From Eledone cirrhosa (lineage: Eukaryota), in contig OZ024741.1 of NCBI GenBank assembly GCA_964016885.1, positions 405,976,001-406,040,000 of the forward strand: DNA of 64,000 bases, in the 5' to 3' direction. Under the pieces are notes generated by a model. That model saw nothing but the letters and a program-made list of their open reading frames with translations. It ran no database searches and was not told the DNA's origin. Position numbers and translations under genes: made by a program. Positions 52,630 to 64,000 of the stretch are shown one piece after another. Within the stretch, counting starts at the first letter, position 1, and every line of letters begins with the position of its first letter.

Positions 52630-53110
52630 TTGTGACAATTATTGACACATAGTGCTTTACATTTGGTACCATGTGACGACAAGTGCAGAGAGATCTCTAG
52701 ATACAAAGCAATGCCTGTGCCGTGAAGCTTTTATAGTGAGCAAAGGCACTGCACAAAGCCAGTCCCACTCTCTTAACGAAGATGATATTTACCAAAAAGA
52801 AGAACAAGTCAACATCATTGGATACCATCAGGGTTGCAGGTGTTATATCAGAGTTTTCCTTCTCCTAGAATTCTGCCTTGACAAAGGCTAAGGGGTCATC
52901 TCTCCCAGTGATTTTGGATGGCCATTGACTCTTAAAAGCTCCTTTGCCCTTTGACAGGTTTTGTTTTTAGTCCTGCAGGATGTCCAAAGTCACCCTCCTC
53001 ACCAAGAAACCTTGGTGGGATTGCCAGTTTAGTCGCCAACGACCCGACCATGAGACAGGTTGTACTGGGATACATGTTACCAGTAGCACCAAGTGGTGAC
53101 CTGACAACAT
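52630..53110. mobile_element. Probable RTE-clade LINE non-coding terminal fragment
   Basis: TCAGAGTTTTCCTTCTCCTAG..TGCC..AAGGCTAA and GTACTGGGATACATGTTACCAGTAGCAC resemble RTE 5'-region motifs as recalled; no ORF. Confidence 0.4.
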
Positions 53111-53657
53111 AAATACATACATACATGCATACATACATACATACATACATACATATACATACATATATATATATTATCATAACCATTTAACCTCTATTTT
53201 CCACTCTAGCATGGGTTAGACGGGTTTGTCCCATTAGAAGCAAGTTGGGTCAGGTGACCGTGTCTTCCTAGCTACCCCGGTACTTCCACTGCTTCTCTCG
53301 CCTCTGCCTCTTCTTTATCTACTCCTGCGGAGGTCAGACCTGTGATTTTTTCGCTCCCTGTTTCACCGTCTACATAGCCTCTGTCTTAAGTCCTGTAGCT
53401 GATGCTGACAGTCTTTCTTTCTCTTCCGTTGCTATTACACGTGCTTCGGTATGTCTTTTTTCCGTTTATTTTTCCTTTTATTTTCTTTCTTTTTTCCCTT
53501 CTGTTATATTTTTTTCTCTCTCTCATTTTCCCCCAAATAACTTCCTTTAGTTATTGACGCACTCGAGTTAGACATCTTGTCTTTAATGCGTAGAAATGCC
53601 CATGATATCCAGCAGGCAACTGATGAAAGGGAAATTATCCCCGGTTCGTGCTTTCCT

Positions 53658-53749
<92 letters not shown>

Positions 53750-53754
<5 letters not shown>

Positions 53755-54394
53755 AATTAGTATATCGAGTAACATATATATACACAGATGCATACTTATG
53801 TTAGCAAATATATAGGTTTTGTCTTAGTAACTATGTGGTTCAATGCATGGGGTTGCAGAACAATAATATGAGAGACGTAAAATAAGAAAATTATAAAATT
53901 AACTTACTTACTTAAATTTCACTCCCAACTAATTAGTTTCTGAAAGGGATTAAACGTACTATCCGAAGAACGCACGGAGAAGCCTTTCGTCATCAGGGAA
54001 GTCTATTCTCAGCCAAGTTTCCAGGCAACACGTGGACACAGGGAACTTATACAAAAATAATTCAGTGGATGGAAAAAGCAAAGCGAGGACTAATTCCAAG
54101 CCATTGATAAAATCACTGCCTACTGCGTCGATGGCAAATTCAAAAGAATCAATCACGTGGCATCGAGGTCAATCAGTGGATAGTGGTTTGTTAGTAAGAC
54201 AGCAGCCGTACTGCTACTATAGCAGCAGTCTAGGCCATTTTTGCTCGACATATAATTTTGGAGATAATTATAAGACAAAACCTATATATTTGCTAACATA
54301 AGTATGCATCTGTGTATGTATATGTTACTAGATATACTAATTCTTTATAATTATCTCCAAAAGTAAGTTAATTTTATAATTTTCTTATTTTACG

Positions 54395-54402
<8 letters not shown>
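53750..54402 (-). mobile_element. ~520-nt ORF-less HHR unit plus two inverted fragments, related to the 56.5-58 kb units
   Basis: Unit 53750-54271; 54271-54362 and 54363-54402 are reverse complements of parts of it; flanked by (TA)n. Confidence 0.8.
53923..54000 (-). ncRNA. Type I hammerhead ribozyme
   Basis: Minus strand: TTCC CTGATGA cGAAAGG..CCTTTCa GAAA CTAATTAG TT GGGA; palindromic stem III ACTAATTAGT. Confidence 0.8.
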
Positions 54403-54475
<73 letters not shown>

Positions 54476-54673
54476 ATGATTAGGTATCGAGAGAGAGAAG
54501 AGAATGGAAAGATGGTCGATGCATATATTTAGTTGCCAATAGTTTATGTGTGCTCAATACTCGTGCCTACAGGGTTAAATATTAGAGGCGTCAATATATA
54601 GTGGGCGAGAAAAATTACGCAGAGCGATTATAAAGGAAATGATTACAAAGAGTTTAAAACCGTTAAAACATGT

Positions 54674-54772
<99 letters not shown>

Positions 54773-55864
54773 TATAGTAATAATAATAAATTTGAAGACT
54801 AAAATCCAAAGAGGGCTCGATAAGGATAAATATATATCAAATATATAAGAACCGTAGAGCAAATATTTATTAAAATAACAGATTAAAGTTTCAGCAAAGA
54901 ATCGCTGCTTTCACCCTTAACGGGATCTTCTGAAACTAACAAAGTCAAACTGTGAACGCAGAAGTGGATATTTCAAAAAACGTTGCAACCGGAGGAAGAC
55001 AGGAAGACGATACTTTAGTTCGTGGAAACGTTCGCTGGCAAAGAACGGGAAAAAACGAATAATACGTCATTAATAGGAGCGGTGAAAAACAATTACGCGC
55101 AAAGACAGAACCACGTTTATGGTATAAAAGAGGTCGTAGACTAATGTTCTCTTAGGTGGTGCATAGAGACGTTCTCTGGCAATGAACGAAAAAACGAAGA
55201 AAATAAGTCATATGTGGAGCGTGGAGAACAATAGCACGCAAAGACAAAACCACGTAAATGGTATAGCAGAAGTCGTAGACTAAAATTCTAACTAGGAGAC
55301 CAAATGAATCTCCGCTACAGAGTTAAGAACAAAGTAAATAAATACAATACAGAAGTAATAGAAATAAATAAATACATACACGCAAACAAATACGTACATA
55401 CACAAGCATACGCAAAAACTTACCATAGGTATACAAAACCCCACACATATAAATATGTGTGTGTGTGTATGCGTGTATACAAATAAATAAATAATTATAT
55501 AAACGTATATAAATAAATAAATACGTATATAACAAGCGCACACACATACCTACATATAAATACACGAATGTTCGGAGACGTAAGTCAACCAAAACATGAA
55601 GTACACATATACACACACCCACCAAACTTACGAACCTGCATACTCACACAGACGCAAAACTCCCGTATACACATAGCCAAACCATATGTACCAGAATATC
55701 TAAAACTATACGCCATAACAATCAAATATACGTACGAGAAGGTATACGTACCTTCACAAAACATACGGGTGATATATACTTACCTATGCAAATAAGTAAA
55801 GGTATAAACAAAACATATACTTAGCTCCCACATCAAGACGTAAAATATCCACGTATAGATCGTC

Positions 55865-56288
55865 CTATCCGTTAGGGTATAACGTGGGGCTGTAATACAG
55901 GAAAGTTTTGTGCAATTTATGTTTACAAGCCGAAATTGCCTCAGATTTTTTGTTTAAGATGTGGTCTGTGGCGTAGAGTATTTCCAGGGCCTCAGTGGCG
56001 CAGAGGTCACATGGTCTTTTATTTCCGTTATACGATCTAGCCCTAGTTAGGATCTCCCAGTGTAACTTATATTGGATGTGGTTGTCTTTTAGACTCCAGA
56101 TATAAGCTGAAAGTGACGTCATATTCTTTCTTAGAGGGTAACGAACAGAATGGGTATGCATGTAAAGACGCTGCTTGAAACTATTGGCGGTTAACCCTAT
56201 GTAGGCCCTACGGGACGTGGGTGTTACAACCTTACATTTGTAGACAATGTTGCTAGAGAGGCATTTCCCGGATAGGGGGCAATCCTTT
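55865..56288 (-). pseudogene. GIY-YIG endonuclease domain (C-terminus of a Penelope-like ORF), 5'-truncated but with an open frame
   Basis: CPLSGKCLSSNIVYKCKVVTPTSRRAYIGLTANSFKQRLYMHTHS..TSLSAYIWSLKD..WEIL..CDLCATE..LNKKSE.ISACKH. Confidence 0.9.
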
Positions 56289-56390
56289 GCCAGCGAACGT
56301 TTCCACGAACCAAAGTATCGTCTTCCTGTCTTCCTCCGGTTGCAACGTTTTTTGAAATATCCAGTTCTGCGTTTACAGATTGACTTTGTT

Positions 56391-56441
56391 AGTTTCAGAA
56401 GATCCCGTTAAGGATGAAAGCAGCGATTCTTTGCTTAAACT
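56391..56441 (+). ncRNA. Hammerhead-like fold with atypical core CAGAAGA; sister copy on the minus strand at ~54886-54936
   Basis: AGTTT CAGAAGA TCCc gttaa GGAt GAAA GCA gcgattctt TGC TT AAACT. All three stems form, but U4 is replaced by A. Confidence 0.5.
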
Positions 56442-56465
56442 TTTATCTGTTATTTTAATAAATTA

Positions 56466-58166
<1,701 letters not shown>

Positions 58167-58417
58167 ACGCCTATGAACGCATCCAAGCAACATTACTACA
58201 AATATATATATAGGTCAGTCTAAAATCTTTTCCTGAACCTGTATTTTCGTTGCTGTGGTAATGCGGCTGGACTGCCGATCGCTATATTTGATTTGCTAAG
58301 CTGTCTAAACGTATTGTTATTACTCTGGGGTACTATTCCCATTCGAGTGCTAAAGCTACATACCGAATTTGCATTCGTTAGCTTGACCGCAAACTAAAGC
58401 TTCGTTAATGCTGTACT

Positions 58418-58463
<46 letters not shown>

Positions 58464-58732
58464 TATAAGGGAAACGCCCCTTATATATATAAAAAGAGGG
58501 AACTTTATAACATGTACCAAATGTTCGTGTTTAGGAAGCTTGTTCTCTCTTACGTTATATTTAACATCGGTTTTAAATGTTCTTTGGCTGTTTTCCGACA
58601 ACGAAAGAACAACACAAAAATATTTCTTATCTTGTTCCTTATATACTGTGATCTCTATAGAACGTTTTCTAACGTCCACACTTATATATATTTAATGTTG
58701 TTGTAGTATTAAGGTGGCAACACGCCCCTCCT

Positions 58733-58802
58733 CCTATATTTCATTGTCACTATTACCTTACTTAAATATATATATAAGGTAATAGTGACAATGAAATATA
58801 GG
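58733..58802. repeat. Inverted repeat with 28-29-bp arms
   Basis: CCTATATTTCATTGTCACTATTACCTTA ... TAAGGTAATAGTGACAATGAAATATAGG. Confidence 0.85.
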
Positions 58803-59670
58803 ACTTTTACTTGTCATAAAATTCTCTAATAAGGCTACAGAATAGATTTCCAAATAAGGGCGCGAAAATTTAATGAAGACTTGTTCACGTGACAGCAATA
58901 ATTTCATTTATAACCAATCAAATTACGTTTATTTTAAAAAAGCCTTCGTGAGCCCCCTTTTTTTAAGTAAAAAGAAATTCAAACACACACACACAACACA
59001 CACACACACACACACACAAGCACACAAATAAACATACATATCTTTACTTTCTTTATTCAATAGAAAATCTGAATTCTGACACCCCAGCGAACTAACCATA
59101 TTCACTGAACCAGCACAATTCTCCCATCCAATTTCTCTTGACCCTTATCTTTTACTTGTCATAAAATTCTCTAAAAAGGCTACAGAATAGATTTCCAAAT
59201 AAGGGTGCGAAAATTTAATGAAAACTTGTTCACGTGACAGCCATAATTTCATTTATAACCAATCAAATTACGTTTATTTAAAAAAAGCCTTCGTGAGCCC
59301 CCTTTTTTTCAAGTAAAAAGAAATTCAAACACACACACACAACACACACACACAAGCACACACATAAACATACATATCTTTACTTTCTTTATTCAATAGA
59401 AAATCTGAATTCTGACACCCCAGCGAACTAACCATATTCACTGAACCAGCACAATTCTCCCATCCAATTTCTCTTGACCCTTATCTTTTACTTGTCATAA
59501 AATTCTCTAAAAAGGCTACAGAATAGATTTCCAAATAAGGGTGCGAAAATTTAATGAAAACTTGTTCACGTGACAGCCATAATTTCATTTATAACCAATC
59601 AAATTACGTTTATTAAAAAAAGCCTTCGTGAGCCCCCCCCCCCCCTTTTTAAGTGAAAAGAAATTCAAAT
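58803..59670 (+). repeat. 2.5 tandem copies of a ~340-bp unit, continuing into the HHR-bearing segment at ~59850-59990
   Basis: CTTTTACTTGTCATAAAATTCTCTAA.. at ~58804, ~59149 and ~59486. Confidence 0.9.
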
Positions 59671-59890
59671 ACTCATATATAAAAAAACAACCTGTGACAC
59701 CCCTCTCTCCTTGTTTGAAGAACTTTGTAACGCGAACTGGTGCGAAATTTATTATAATTATTGACCAACCAATCAAATTACTTCTCGAAAAACCTGGCAT
59801 TTCGAGCCACTTTTTCCATATAAAACAGAAGTAACATTCAGAGACCAACCAGATGTGAGAAAAAACCACAGACCCTCCATCTCAACTCTA

Positions 59891-59927
59891 CTTTTGAAAA
59901 GCAGAAGAACTGCGAAACCGGTAAAGG
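59891..59927 (+). ncRNA. Minimal type I hammerhead, U3-A8 core variant
   Basis: CTT TTGAAAA GCAG aagaa CTGC GAAA CCGG TA AAG; same as 23678. Confidence 0.78.
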
Positions 59928-60078
59928 AACCAAATAAATATATATATATTTTTTTAAATAAGATCCAGTTGCATTTTCGATTTCATCTTTTTATATATAA
60001 CACCCCACTCTCCAGAGCGTGAAATTAATAAACATTCGTTGTACTGCCTCTCTGTTTTGTCCCTGTTCAAATTTTTCC

Positions 60079-60140
<62 letters not shown>

Positions 60141-60162
60141 TAAACCATATATATATATAGAT

Positions 60163-60294
<132 letters not shown>

Positions 60295-60430
60295 AGTGTA
60301 ATTTTCTACACAAAACGAAGGTTATAGAGAAAATTGAGGTTGGTAATGGCACATGGAATATATAAGAGACAGAATACTTTTTTGTGAAAAAACATAATTT
60401 TATAAGGTAAGGAAATAATAAAGGGTATAA

Positions 60431-60478
60431 AAAATGACCGGTTTCGATGGGTCTGCAAAAGCCATCTTTTCAAATGTT
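60431..60478 (-). ncRNA. Minimal type I hammerhead, U3-A8 core variant (second family)
   Basis: Minus strand: AACAT TTGAAAA GATGG cttttgcagac CCATC GAAA CCGG TC ATTTT; stem I has one mismatch. Confidence 0.7.
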
Positions 60479-60949
60479 GATTAATATTAAGAAAAATTAA
60501 TAATACGAAGAGTTAAAATTTGAGACTTGAAAATTCAAGTATAAAATTCATTGTGGGACTTCATAGCAGTTTTCATCTAGGTAGCAACAACAGGTTGACT
60601 GCTGTGTCCCTTTCTGGTAGTGAATGAGAAGTTATTTGGGGTGTGGGTTATTTTATAAAGGTCAGATTTAGCAATCACCAACTGGCCAGCTGCTGGTCAG
60701 TGAGGGGGTGGAAGCAATATACATACACATATCTTCCTGTGATGGGTAGGAGAGTGGAGCGTGATAGAAAGGGATTTAGTGCACTTACACCTATATATAC
60801 ACACATACCTTCATCCACACATACATACATATACATATACATATATATATATACATATATATACATATACACACATACATACACACACACATACATATAC
60901 ATACACACATACACACACACACATATATACACATACACACACACATATG

Positions 60950-62277
<1,328 letters not shown>

Positions 62278-62279
62278 TA

Positions 62280-64000
<1,721 letters not shown>

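Larger units (their letters stand above)
54777..56462 (-). mobile_element. 5'-truncated Penelope-like element with an inverted terminal (pLTR-type) segment at the truncation point
   Basis: GIY-YIG remnant 55865-56288. 54868-55043 and 56285-56460 are ~175-bp inverted repeats. (TA)n on both sides. Confidence 0.88.

Noticed and set aside
53615-53660. CTGATGA at ~53619 as a hammerhead
   Set aside because: No GAAA or stem III/stem I partner downstream.
58210-58420. Possible mariner-like terminal fragment
   Set aside because: Only a vague TIR resemblance; no partner TIR or transposase sequence.

Overview
Repeat-only eukaryotic genomic DNA with no recognisable host gene. It is probably an octopod cephalopod, inferred from a tRNA-derived CORE-type SINE resembling octopus OR-family SINEs and from extreme (TA)n/(CA)n/(GATA)n density. 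Bases 1-19.1 kb are a 35-bp satellite (~546 monomers) containing a ~4.7-4.9 kb internal duplication. The rest holds one internally deleted mariner, one SINE, minisatellites and two main systems. (1) Eight insertions of L1/Tx1-clade LINEs from about three families. Six are stacked head-to-tail in one orientation inside a single (GATA)n/(TATC)n microsatellite at 30.1-43.85 kb, and one near-intact full-length copy lies at 45.5-51.3 kb. This suggests microsatellite-targeted integration. (2) About 18 hand-folded type I hammerhead ribozyme (HHR) motifs from roughly ten sequence families, including U3-A8 core covariants. They lie in Penelope-like (GIY-YIG) remnants, fold-back structures and ORF-less ~470-530-nt tandem or circularly permuted units that look like non-LTR retrozymes. 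All folds and alignments were done by eye; no database search was run.
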